A DNA stretch of 64,000 nt from the IMG/VR virus record IMGVR_UViG_3300046615_000261, positions 64,001-128,000 of that record; one strand, given 5' to 3'. The position numbers and the translations under genes are program-made. Below, piece by piece: positions 55,751-64,000 of the stretch (position 1 is its first letter; the number at the start of each line of letters is the position of its first letter). Source of the stretch: a virus (taxonomy: Duplodnaviria; Caudoviricetes). The notes beneath the pieces were generated by a model that was not told the origin of the DNA, made no database searches, and saw only the letters and a program-made list of their open reading frames with translations.

Positions 55751-57592
55751 ATGCCATCCCTCGTTTCTCCAGGTGTATCCGTATCGGTCACCAACGAAGC
55801 GCTCTACTTCGCAGCTGCAGCACCGACTGTCCCGCTGTTCTTCATCGCCACCAAGGCCGGCAAGACCCAACCAAATGGCGTTACCCCAGCCGCCGGTACA
55901 CTTGAATCTGGTGTTGTCCGCACTGTCACGTCGCTTCAGCAATCGCTCGAGCTGTACGGTGTGCCATCGTTCCGCAAGGACTCGTCCGGCAATGAATTCC
56001 ACGGCGATTCCCGCAATGAATACGGCCTGTTCGCTCTGAACCAAGCTCTCGGCGCTCTGTCGCGTGCTTATGTTGTCCGCGCTGACGTTGACCTCTCTGA
56101 CGCTCCAGACACGTTCATCTCGTTCGGCACTCCAGTCGTTCTCGCAGGCTCGACCCTGTACAACGGTATCGGCAATGGCACGATCGCAACGATCACCGCA
56201 ACCGACAGCAAGGTGAAGCCACAAACGATCTCGATTCTGTTCACGTCCGCAACGACGTTCGCAGTATCCGGTTCGGTCTCCGGCTACATCGGTGCTGGTG
56301 TCGTTGGTACGCCTTTTGCTTCGTCGAAGGTGAACTTCACGATCACAGCAGGCGTTGTTCCATTCGTCGCTGGTGACGCATACCTGTTCGATCTGGTTTA
56401 CACCTCGGTCTTCACCGGCACCGGTAACGGCAAGCTGGTTTCCCTGGTTCCAGACACGCTCGCAGTTCCAGAAACTGTCACGATCAAGTTCACTTCGCCA
56501 ACGGCATTCACGGTCGTCGGTTCGGTCTCCGGCTCCGGTACTCCAGGCACTGTTGGTACTCCGTACGACAACATGCGCATGCAGTTCACTGTGAACGCAG
56601 GCACGACTCCATTCGCAGTGGATGACCAGTTCGTTGTGACCGTCACGGAAGTTACTGTCGCTGCTCAACTCGGTTCGAACGATGCTGCAAAGCGCGTCAC
56701 GATCGTTACGGCTCTCCAAGCTGCAATCAACGGCAATCTGGATGTTCGCTCGGAACGCTACGAGTACAACATCATCGCTGCTCCTGGTTACCCAGAAGTT
56801 TCCGATGAACTGGCTGCTCTCGCATCCGACGTTCTGTACGAAGCAGTTGTTATCGCTGACACCCCAATGAACAAGACGCCTGACCAAGTCGCTCAATGGG
56901 CACTGACTTCGTCGCGTACTTCGAACGAAAGCGTCGCGTACTACTACCCATGGGGTCTCGCATCGAACCTCGACGGTCGTGATGTCCTGATCGCTCCATC
57001 GGGTATCGCTATCCGTACGATCGCTGTGTCTGATCAACAAGGTTACGTCTGGTCTGCAGCCGCAGGTGCTCAGCGTGGTGTTGTTACTGGTGTCTCGAAG
57101 GTTGGTTATGTTTCCGGCATGCTCGGTACCGCTACCACGTTCGTTGAAGCCAATCTGAACAACGGTCAGCGCGACAATCTGTACGAAGCACAGAAGAACA
57201 TCAACCCAATCACGTTCTTCCCAGGTCGCGGTATCTTGGTTTGGGGTCAGAAGACTTCCGCTCCAGCAAACTCGGCAATGGACCGCCTGAACGTTGTTCG
57301 TCTGGTTGCTTACCTCCGTCGTGTTCTCCGTAAGGGTGGCATGCCGTTCGTGTTCGAACCAAATGACCAGATCACTCGCGACAACTTGAAGGCAGCTGCC
57401 GATGGCATGCTGAACGACATCATGTCGAAGCGCGGTCTGTACGACTACGCAACGAAGTGCGATGCATCGAACAACACCGGCACTCGTATCGACAACAACG
57501 AGCTCTGGCTCGACGTTGGTATCAAGCCAGTGAAGACGGCGGAATTCTTGTACATTCCTATCCGTCTGGTTAGCACTGACACTAGCTTCTAA
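55751..57592 (+). CDS. gp18: Tail sheath protein
   Basis: LVSPGVSVS N-terminus; YYPW, APSG, WSAAAGAQRG, RDNLYEAQKNINPI, VWGQKT, DRLNVVRL. Confidence 0.95.
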   Translation: MPSLVSPGVSVSVTNEALYFAAAAPTVPLFFIATKAGKTQPNGVTPAAGTLESGVVRTVTSLQQSLELYGVPSFRKDSSGNEFHGDSRNEYGLFALNQALGALSRAYVVRADVDLSDAPDTFISFGTPVVLAGSTLYNGIGNGTIATITATDSKVKPQTISILFTSATTFAVSGSVSGYIGAGVVGTPFASSKVNFTITAGVVPFVAGDAYLFDLVYTSVFTGTGNGKLVSLVPDTLAVPETVTIKFTSPTAFTVVGSVSGSGTPGTVGTPYDNMRMQFTVNAGTTPFAVDDQFVVTVTEVTVAAQLGSNDAAKRVTIVTALQAAINGNLDVRSERYEYNIIAAPGYPEVSDELAALASDVLYEAVVIADTPMNKTPDQVAQWALTSSRTSNESVAYYYPWGLASNLDGRDVLIAPSGIAIRTIAVSDQQGYVWSAAAGAQRGVVTGVSKVGYVSGMLGTATTFVEANLNNGQRDNLYEAQKNINPITFFPGRGILVWGQKTSAPANSAMDRLNVVRLVAYLRRVLRKGGMPFVFEPNDQITRDNLKAAADGMLNDIMSKRGLYDYATKCDASNNTGTRIDNNELWLDVGIKPVKTAEFLYIPIRLVSTDTSF

Positions 57593-57609
57593 TCCAAGCT
57601 AACTGTACA

Positions 57610-57637
57610 AAGGGTCCGGCTTTGCTGGGCCCTTTTC
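57610..57637 (+). terminator. Intrinsic terminator after sheath gene
   Basis: aagggtccggc-ttt-gctgggccctt-tt. Confidence 0.75.
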
Positions 57638-57706
57638 CATTTCTGCTATCGGAAATGGCTTACGCACTAAATAAGGCTGTAAAGCTTATCTCAACTGGAG
57701 TCAATT

Positions 57707-58300
57707 ATGGCAACACTTTCGAATTTCGGTATCCCAGGCGCTGGCTCTGGCGTGCTGCATCCGAAGCTCAAGAACAAGTGGCGCATCACGTTCCAAGACA
57801 TTGGCCGTTTGGTTGCTGGGCATAACAGCCGCAATCTGACGATGCAGTCTACCACCGTGTCGCGCCCTCAAGTAGAATTTGAAGAAGTCGCAATCCATCG
57901 CTACAACTCGACGGCATACGTCGCTGGGAAGCACACATGGTCGCCAATGAGCCTGACGCTCGAAGACGACATCGGTGGTCTCGCTTCGAAGGTCGTGAAG
58001 GCACAACTTGAAACGCAACAGCGTCTCGTTGGTGTGGATCTCGACGGTCGTTGGTTGAACACCGCTGCTACCGGTTCCGACTACAAGTTCGGCGTTAAGC
58101 TCGAACAACTGGATGGTGACGAAGGCGTTGTTGAAACGTGGATTCTGGAAGGCGTGTTCATTCAGTCCGCAGAATTCGGCGATCTGGATTACTCCGCTTC
58201 GGAAGCTGCTACGATTCAGCTCTCCCTGCGCTTTGACCACGCTCGCTCGGTCGATAGCGGTGAAGGTTACGGTACGGCTCTGGGCGGTAACGTCGCTTAA
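57707..58300 (+). CDS. gp19: Tail tube protein
   Basis: PKLKNKWRITF, SRPQVEFEEV, AGKHTWSPMSL.LEDD, WILEGVFI...GDLDY..SE..TIQLSLRFDHA. Confidence 0.9.
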   Translation: MATLSNFGIPGAGSGVLHPKLKNKWRITFQDIGRLVAGHNSRNLTMQSTTVSRPQVEFEEVAIHRYNSTAYVAGKHTWSPMSLTLEDDIGGLASKVVKAQLETQQRLVGVDLDGRWLNTAATGSDYKFGVKLEQLDGDEGVVETWILEGVFIQSAEFGDLDYSASEAATIQLSLRFDHARSVDSGEGYGTALGGNVA

Positions 58301-58551
58301 TTAGTCGCGCTGTCTGACAGATTTAGAGGACCTTTCGAGGTCCTCTTTTGTTTTGCCTTCGAGCATGCATTTCGCTCTGCCTCCTCCCAGGTTTCACCAT
58401 ATCCCCAGGCGCAGGTCCCGTCTTTGAGCTCCACGTACACGCCACACGTTTGGTGATGGTGGTGATTTTGCAGCATCGCGGCAGGCAAGAACGCACGCTG
58501 ATGGACCTCGTGATCTACATCACCGCCGAATAGGTAGCTCAATAGTGTCAT
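58297..58551 (-). CDS. Small hypothetical early protein (leaderless)
   Basis: TAAAAT (58558..58563, -) 7 nt before ATG. Confidence 0.5.
   Translation of the reverse strand: MTLLSYLFGGDVDHEVHQRAFLPAAMLQNHHHHQTCGVYVELKDGTCAWGYGETWEEAERNACSKAKQKRTSKGPLNLSDSATN
58325..58354 (+). terminator. Intrinsic terminator after tail tube gene
   Basis: agaggacct-ttcg-aggtcctct-tttgtttt. Confidence 0.85.
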
Positions 58552-58667
58552 GAACCGATTTTAACCCGAACCCCTGTATCGGACTTGTTATCAGTTGTAA
58601 AACCGGTACAGACTGCTTGGCACTGTTCGCTAAATACATGACATCATAATTCACTAAAAAGTGTCAC

Positions 58668-60221
58668 ATGCTTTCCTTCATTGATTTCCTGGCAGAAGCC
58701 CAGTTCAGCGACGACGATTTTGCTCGCGTTCTGAGCGTCTTCGAACGCCGTCTCCCAAAGCTCCTTGGCGCTAAGCTGTACCGTTACGGTGGTAAAAACC
58801 ACGTTGAAAAGGTCGGCTCCGCTTCCCGGATCGTGTACATTTTCAATGACCGCGCATTCGGTGTTCGCTTCAAGGGCGGTCACGTTATTGGCATCGACGT
58901 CTGGTCCTCGTTCAAGGGTGGTCCAAGCCACTTCATCGACGTGCACACGCTCGCCGCTTCTTCCCTGATTGCTTCGATCAGCAAGCTCGCTGCTCTGATC
59001 AAGAATCCAAAGGAAGGTACGCACGAAGTGAACGCGGTGAATGAATCCGTTCAGCTCGATGAGATGGCACGTCGCGTTGACGACAGCGCTTTCTACAAGT
59101 TCATGGTCGCTGCGTACGGTGAAGACGGTGCACAGAAGGTTACTTGGGCTCAGATCAAGACTGTCGCTGACGACAATGACGTTCTGATTCCACGCTACAT
59201 CCGTGACCAGAAGATTGGCCGCGGTCTCTGGACCTCGAAGCCAGGTGCTGGTGGTTCTTCCGAAGGTGGTGACGCCGCTGCTCCAGAAGCTGCTCCAAAG
59301 GCCGCTAAGAAGGAACCAATCCTGTACATCAAGGTCACGGCTCAGGACCCTGACACGAAGCGCTTCATCCCTGCTGGTGAAGTGAAGCAAGCCCAAGCTC
59401 TGTACAAGCAGATCGCTTCTGGCATGGCTGATCACAAGCCTTCCGAAAAGGAAATGCGCGATCCAGACACTCTGTACGGTCACTTGTCGCAACTCGTCGA
59501 CATGACTTGTAAGGGTACGCTCCGCTCGCTGCTGATCTACGGTGGTCCAGGTACCGGTAAGACGTACACGATTATGCAGACGATCAAGCAAGCTGGCATG
59601 ACGTCTGGTAAAGAGTACATCAAGATGTCGGGTAAGGCATCTCCACTGTCGATCTACCAAACACTGTTCATGTTCCGCGAAGGCGGTCTCGTTGTGTTCG
59701 ACGACTTGGACTCGATGTGGGGTAATGAAGACGCAACGAACATCTTGAAGGGTGCTCTCGATACGTCACCAGTCCGCGAAATCACATGGGGTTCTTCGAG
59801 CACTGTGAACGTTTCGAAGATGGACAAGGAAGAGCGCGAGCAATTCAATCGTCAAGTGGACGACAAGCTCGAAACGAACCCAGAGAAGGTCAAGCTGCCT
59901 AATCAGTTCGAATTCAAGGGCCGCGTTGTGTTCATCTCGAACCTGAAGAAGGACGAGTTCGACACCGCGATCATGTCGCGTTCCGCAAAGATCTGTATGG
60001 ACCTGACTCCAGAGGAAATTCTGAAGCGCATGCGTTCCGTTCTGCCAGGTCTCGGTGGTGACGACGTTCCACTGAAGGATAAGGAAGCTCTGCTTGATCA
60101 CCTGATCAAGATGCACGGTAATGGCGAACTCGATGCTGTCACAATGCGTGAGTTCGTTAAGGGTCTGAACATCTTCCGCTCGGGTGCTCCGAACTGGAAG
60201 GACCTGATCCAGTATTCCTAA
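58668..60221 (+). CDS. AAA+ ATPase with capsid-targeting leader
   Basis: MLSFIDFLAEA; GGPGTGKT Walker A, VVFDDLD Walker B, ILKGALD, FISN, AIMSRS. Confidence 0.85.
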   Translation: MLSFIDFLAEAQFSDDDFARVLSVFERRLPKLLGAKLYRYGGKNHVEKVGSASRIVYIFNDRAFGVRFKGGHVIGIDVWSSFKGGPSHFIDVHTLAASSLIASISKLAALIKNPKEGTHEVNAVNESVQLDEMARRVDDSAFYKFMVAAYGEDGAQKVTWAQIKTVADDNDVLIPRYIRDQKIGRGLWTSKPGAGGSSEGGDAAAPEAAPKAAKKEPILYIKVTAQDPDTKRFIPAGEVKQAQALYKQIASGMADHKPSEKEMRDPDTLYGHLSQLVDMTCKGTLRSLLIYGGPGTGKTYTIMQTIKQAGMTSGKEYIKMSGKASPLSIYQTLFMFREGGLVVFDDLDSMWGNEDATNILKGALDTSPVREITWGSSSTVNVSKMDKEEREQFNRQVDDKLETNPEKVKLPNQFEFKGRVVFISNLKKDEFDTAIMSRSAKICMDLTPEEILKRMRSVLPGLGGDDVPLKDKEALLDHLIKMHGNGELDAVTMREFVKGLNIFRSGAPNWKDLIQYS

Positions 60222-60241
60222 TCCTTGATTTAAGGATTATG

Positions 60242-60272
60242 ATAGCCGATCCTTTATGGGTCGGCTATTTTT
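60242..60272 (+). terminator. Intrinsic terminator
   Basis: atagccgatcc-tttat-gggtcggctat-tttt. Confidence 0.85.
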
Positions 60273-60321
60273 GCATCTGCTCGCTCCGCTCTAAATAAGC
60301 GTACATCCGATCGGAATCACC

Positions 60322-61350
60322 ATGAAACTCATCCAAGAAATTCAAACCATTGTTGAAGCCAAGGGCGTCAAAGACTCGCTCTCTGATACTCAACTGAAGT
60401 ATGTTCTCCGTGGCGCAGCCACTGGTAGCCGTATCGAAGCTGATGGAAAGATCGTTTGGCCAGGCACTGCGTCGACAATCTTCAATTCACGTGAAGCTAA
60501 AGAAAAGTATGCTCGTAAGGGTGATGCATTTGCCGAGAAGATGAAGACCGGCAAGTTCAACAAGGTCGTGATCAAGGATTACCAAGCACGTGGCGCCGGC
60601 GGTCAATGGCTGACTGCTGAAACGTACGAACTGACGATCAACGAATCGTTCACGCTTGGCTCGAAGCAACACGCTGAACTCGCAGCAGCTGCAAAGGGTC
60701 TGGACAAGATGACCGTTCGTCGCTTCAAGACGATCGTCAAGTACTCGACCATGAGCCAGCACGATTGCACTGAAATCACCGACATGTTGAACACTGTCGA
60801 CGCTGACAAGGTTCTGACGCGTCATGACATCGAGCAAATTGCAGCTTCAACGAACACTGATCTTGGCGAACTGCTTGATCTTTCGAATCTGAATGAGGCG
60901 GAAGAGAAGAAGACAGCAAACCCAGAATTTGCCAAGGGTCTCGAAGCAGGTATGAAGGCGCTCAAGAAGCTTCGTCCCCAAGGCAAGATCATCCCAGGTT
61001 TCGTTCATAACATCGGCAGTGCGAGCCACGAACGTCATGATGCATCGTTCGAGTACGATTTCGAATATGACGGCAAAACATACGAAGCTGCGATCCGTGT
61101 AGATTACTCGAAGTCTGGTGGCGTCAGCCGCCCACCACAGTACCACTACTCGTACTACAGCTTCAAGGACAAGAACGAAAAGAACGCTCGTATGTTCAAC
61201 CCACAAGCTGACTCCGGCCCGTTCATCACGGATCTGAGCGAGCTCGGCAAGGAACTGAACTCCTGGGAAAAGCACATTGCTGATGGCTTGATCGCTCAGA
61301 AGAAGCGTTGGGAAGCTGATCTCGAAAAGATGCGTCCAAAGAAGAAGTAA
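60322..61350 (+). CDS. Putative internal head polyprotein
   Basis: MKLIQEIQTIVEA; internal TINES and NLNEA sites; late promoter 60292. Confidence 0.6.
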   Translation: MKLIQEIQTIVEAKGVKDSLSDTQLKYVLRGAATGSRIEADGKIVWPGTASTIFNSREAKEKYARKGDAFAEKMKTGKFNKVVIKDYQARGAGGQWLTAETYELTINESFTLGSKQHAELAAAAKGLDKMTVRRFKTIVKYSTMSQHDCTEITDMLNTVDADKVLTRHDIEQIAASTNTDLGELLDLSNLNEAEEKKTANPEFAKGLEAGMKALKKLRPQGKIIPGFVHNIGSASHERHDASFEYDFEYDGKTYEAAIRVDYSKSGGVSRPPQYHYSYYSFKDKNEKNARMFNPQADSGPFITDLSELGKELNSWEKHIADGLIAQKKRWEADLEKMRPKKK

Positions 61351-62640
61351 ATGGCCGATATTTCGCAACTCCTGAGATCCTCAGGCATTGACGCTCAGCG
61401 CACTGCGACTGATCTGTTCGGTGCCGCTGTTGAGGACTTCGCGGCAAAGCCACTGAACGGCTTGCTGAACTCCGTCACTGGACGGAACGGCACGGCGGCT
61501 CAGGGGCGAAATGATCCAGGTACATGGTACGCAACATCGTACGCTGCCTCTTTGGCGAACTCGCAGTACCGTCCGAAGTTGAAGTTCATGTTCCGCGTGG
61601 AGTTCTTGTTCGAGCCAAAGGTGCTCGAGACATTCGGCCGCGCCGAATGGCAAAAGAACTTCACCTTCCTCGTGAAGACTGTAGATCGTCCAAAGGTCGA
61701 CTTCGAGTACGAGGACGTGAATCAGTACAACTTTAGAACGAAGGTCTTGAAGCAGATCAAGCACCGTGAACTGACGCTCTCATTCACTGACGACGTCGGC
61801 AATCACGTGTACGAGTTCTTCCGTTTCATGATGATGGTTCACTCACCAATTACCCGTCGCTCTGCTTACGCATCAAGTGACATCTCGGCTGCGTACGCAA
61901 CGTACACCGCTGGTTCGGGCATGGAGTTCACGAAGGGTCTCGGTCCTATCAATGACTTCGCGCACCGTGGTGCTGTTGACACCGATCTTGGCAATGCGAT
62001 CCGCGCAATCAAGATCACTCAGATCTTCATCAACCCTTCCGATACGCCGCCAAATGCAGCGAAGGAAGTGTCGTTCTTCTTCATCAATCCACGCGTAACC
62101 TCGTTCGACTTGGATGATGTGTCGCATGAAGCATCTGATCCGAATCTGTTCACGATGCAGTTCGATTATGACTTCATGGTCATGAGCAAGCAAGAACTCT
62201 TGAAGCCACTGAGCGCTGACAAGTCTCTCCCACCAGTTGGCACTGCTCCAGGTGAAGCTGCTCCTACACCAGGTTCTGGCACTAGCACTGGGTACGGTTC
62301 TGGCGCAATGGATCCGTACATTGGAATGCTCGCTGGTATTGGTGGCCGTGCTGTACAGAAGATCACCTCAGATACCGTTGGCAAAGCTCTGCGAACCATT
62401 CCTGGTCTCGGTTCTGTCGCTGACAACATCGGTGGTATCACGCAAGGTATTGCGCGTGACCAGCTTGCAGGGATCGGTCAAACTGTGAACCAAGCGTTCG
62501 CTCGACCAGGTCGCGACATCGTGACTGATTTGTCGACTGCTGGCCGTGATGCAGCGTCGTACATCACTTCTATTGGTTCAGGTGGATTCGGCTCAGGCCA
62601 ACCATCCGTGAACGTAACTGATCTTGGCGGATATCTCTAA
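61351..62640 (+). CDS. Tail-tube-like baseplate protein (gp19/gp54 paralog)
   Basis: PKLKFMFRVEF, VKTVDRPKVDFEYEDVNQYN, LTLSFTDD, FTMQFDYD parallel the tube protein. Confidence 0.65.
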   Translation: MADISQLLRSSGIDAQRTATDLFGAAVEDFAAKPLNGLLNSVTGRNGTAAQGRNDPGTWYATSYAASLANSQYRPKLKFMFRVEFLFEPKVLETFGRAEWQKNFTFLVKTVDRPKVDFEYEDVNQYNFRTKVLKQIKHRELTLSFTDDVGNHVYEFFRFMMMVHSPITRRSAYASSDISAAYATYTAGSGMEFTKGLGPINDFAHRGAVDTDLGNAIRAIKITQIFINPSDTPPNAAKEVSFFFINPRVTSFDLDDVSHEASDPNLFTMQFDYDFMVMSKQELLKPLSADKSLPPVGTAPGEAAPTPGSGTSTGYGSGAMDPYIGMLAGIGGRAVQKITSDTVGKALRTIPGLGSVADNIGGITQGIARDQLAGIGQTVNQAFARPGRDIVTDLSTAGRDAASYITSIGSGGFGSGQPSVNVTDLGGYL

Positions 62641-63125
62641 TGCTTCTCACTGAACTCCTGGCCTATCATGGCACTGGTAAGAAACCAACAACGAAGCTGA
62701 AGCCGCCTATCTTCGTGACAACTCAACGTGAAGGCGCTGAGTGGTATGCTGCTGAGCGCGGGAACGGCGAGAATGGTGTTATCCTCGTTGGCGATCTTCA
62801 AGTGAAGAAGCCGTTCGATCTGCGTAGGTTCGATGGGTACGAGAAATACCTAGAGTTGGCTAAGTCTGCGGGGATCGAGTTCGAGGGCATGGATGTCCAT
62901 AACGAGCAGTTCTTCTGCAAGGAAATTCAAGATCACTCGCCATACGATGGCACGAACTCCTCTGACCTCGTGTACATTCCGAAGTTTCAAGCGGCACTGA
63001 AGGCCGCTGGATATGATTCATTGCACATGAGTGACGTGCTCACGAATGATGAGATCGACACGTACGTGATCTTTGATCCATCACTGTTCAAGATTAAGCG
63101 CGCTGAGAAGCATCTGTACTACTAA
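62640..63125 (+). CDS. ADP-ribosyltransferase-like protein (ART-PolyVal-like), paralog 1
   Basis: MLLTELL; YHGT...PIFVT...AEWYA...L.VKKPFD...GYDS...YVIFDP. Confidence 0.6.
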   Translation: MLLTELLAYHGTGKKPTTKLKPPIFVTTQREGAEWYAAERGNGENGVILVGDLQVKKPFDLRRFDGYEKYLELAKSAGIEFEGMDVHNEQFFCKEIQDHSPYDGTNSSDLVYIPKFQAALKAAGYDSLHMSDVLTNDEIDTYVIFDPSLFKIKRAEKHLYY

Positions 63126-63132
63126 GAACGCA

Positions 63133-63621
63133 ATGCTTCTCTCTGAAATCACCGTCTATCACGGCTCTGAAGCTGCTCCTAAGGGGAAGTTCAAGATGCC
63201 TCTGTTCTTGACACCAAACAAGAATGGTGCTTCGTGGTATGCTCGCGAGCATGCTGGCGCCGGCAGAACTGGTGTCCTCGTGACTGGTGAGCTGAACGTG
63301 AAGAAGCCGCTTGAGGCTTATGGATACGGTCTGTGGAAGAAGATGCTTGACGTCGCTCAGTACGCAGGCATTCGTTTCAAGAACGATCCGTACTTCCAGT
63401 GCGATGAGATCAGCGACGCTGGACACTCTGGTTCGAACATCGGTGATCTCGTCTATCTTCCGAAGTTCCAGCAAGAGCTGAAGAGACAGGGATACGACTC
63501 AGTGCACATGAGTGACGAGCTAGTCGGTAGCTCGATCGAAGTGTACGTGATCTTCAAACCATCACAATTCAAAATCACCAGCATCGGCGATCCAATTTCG
63601 ACCGATGACGCTTGGAAATAA
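63133..63621 (+). CDS. ADP-ribosyltransferase-like protein, paralog 2
   Basis: MLLSEI; YHGS...PLFLT...ASWYA...L.VKKPLE...GYDS...YVIFKPSQFK. Confidence 0.6.
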   Translation: MLLSEITVYHGSEAAPKGKFKMPLFLTPNKNGASWYAREHAGAGRTGVLVTGELNVKKPLEAYGYGLWKKMLDVAQYAGIRFKNDPYFQCDEISDAGHSGSNIGDLVYLPKFQQELKRQGYDSVHMSDELVGSSIEVYVIFKPSQFKITSIGDPISTDDAWK

Positions 63622-63622
63622 T

Positions 63623-64000
63623 ATGGCAGCATCACGTGGCACAATGAAGGGTCGGTTCATTCCGAAGAACCCACAGAAATACCTTGGGAACTCCGATCGA
63701 ATCATCGGTCGCTCGAGCTGGGAATTCCGCCTGTTCCAATGGTGTGACAGCACTCCAGCAGTTCTGCAATGGGCTAGTGAAGAGTTCTCCGTTCCGTACC
63801 TGTCGCCAATTGACAACAAGGTTCATCAGTACTACCCTGACGCGCTCGTTGTTTACCGTGACAAGTTCGGGAACATCAAGAAAGAAATCGTTGAAGTGAA
63901 GCCGTACAAAGAGACGGTCAGAACTCCAAAGTCAACTGAACGGGATCTGATCGCTCTTGCAATCAATGAAGCTAAGTGGAAAGCCGCTGTGCGTTTCGCT
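63623..64000 (+). CDS. gp4: Head completion nuclease gp4-like, partial
   Basis: GRFIPKNPQKYLG...RSSWE...WCD...WASEEF.VPY...HQYYPD...EVKP...NEAKWKAA; runs off the window end. Confidence 0.9.
   Translation, partial: MAASRGTMKGRFIPKNPQKYLGNSDRIIGRSSWEFRLFQWCDSTPAVLQWASEEFSVPYLSPIDNKVHQYYPDALVVYRDKFGNIKKEIVEVKPYKETVRTPKSTERDLIALAINEAKWKAAVRFA

Noticed and set aside
58638-58649. Mini-ORF MTS after the late promoter
   Set aside because: The ATG is only 2 nt after TAAATA, upstream of the expected transcription start
1-64000. tRNA, rRNA, CRISPR array, reverse transcriptase, integrase or transposase
   Set aside because: No cloverleaf, regularly spaced repeat-spacer array or relevant catalytic motifs seen by eye; tRNAscan-SE and CRISPR finders would be needed to exclude them formally
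1-64000. Alternative genetic code (stop-codon recoding), as in some jumbo phages
   Set aside because: Core genes are full length under the standard code, and TAA, TAG and TGA all end genes at expected positions

Overview
The whole window is part of a large (jumbo-type) T4-like myophage genome of moderate-to-high GC. It holds most of the virion module: baseplate gp6/gp25/gp5/gp53-like genes, tape measure, portal gp20, prohead protease gp21, scaffold gp22, major capsid gp23, neck gp13/gp14, gp15, sheath gp18, tube gp19 and gp4. It also holds late sigma factor gp55, gp47/gp46, endonuclease VII and islands of early genes. Late genes follow a TAAATA promoter (17 copies located); early/middle genes follow TAnnnT -10 boxes, several apparently leaderless. 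Main candidates for undescribed biology: (1) at least 17 late proteins share a T4-like capsid-targeting N-terminus (MKL.EL/MxSFxxFLAE) fused to enzyme domains (ADP-ribosyltransferase-like, J-domain, amidoligase, AAA+, peptidase, a six-member GNAT-like family), suggesting an injected, protease-processed effector arsenal; (2) a compact PolA/T7-RNAP-like polymerase; (3) an early protein starting with a copy of the capsid Gol (EF-Tu-binding, Lit-activating) region; (4) a likely -1 frameshift in the gp26/gp51-like pair; (5) a dyad element shared by gp55 and gp47, plus a uORF coupled to gp55. All protein calls rest on motif recognition by eye; no searches were run. I saw no tRNA, rRNA or CRISPR array.
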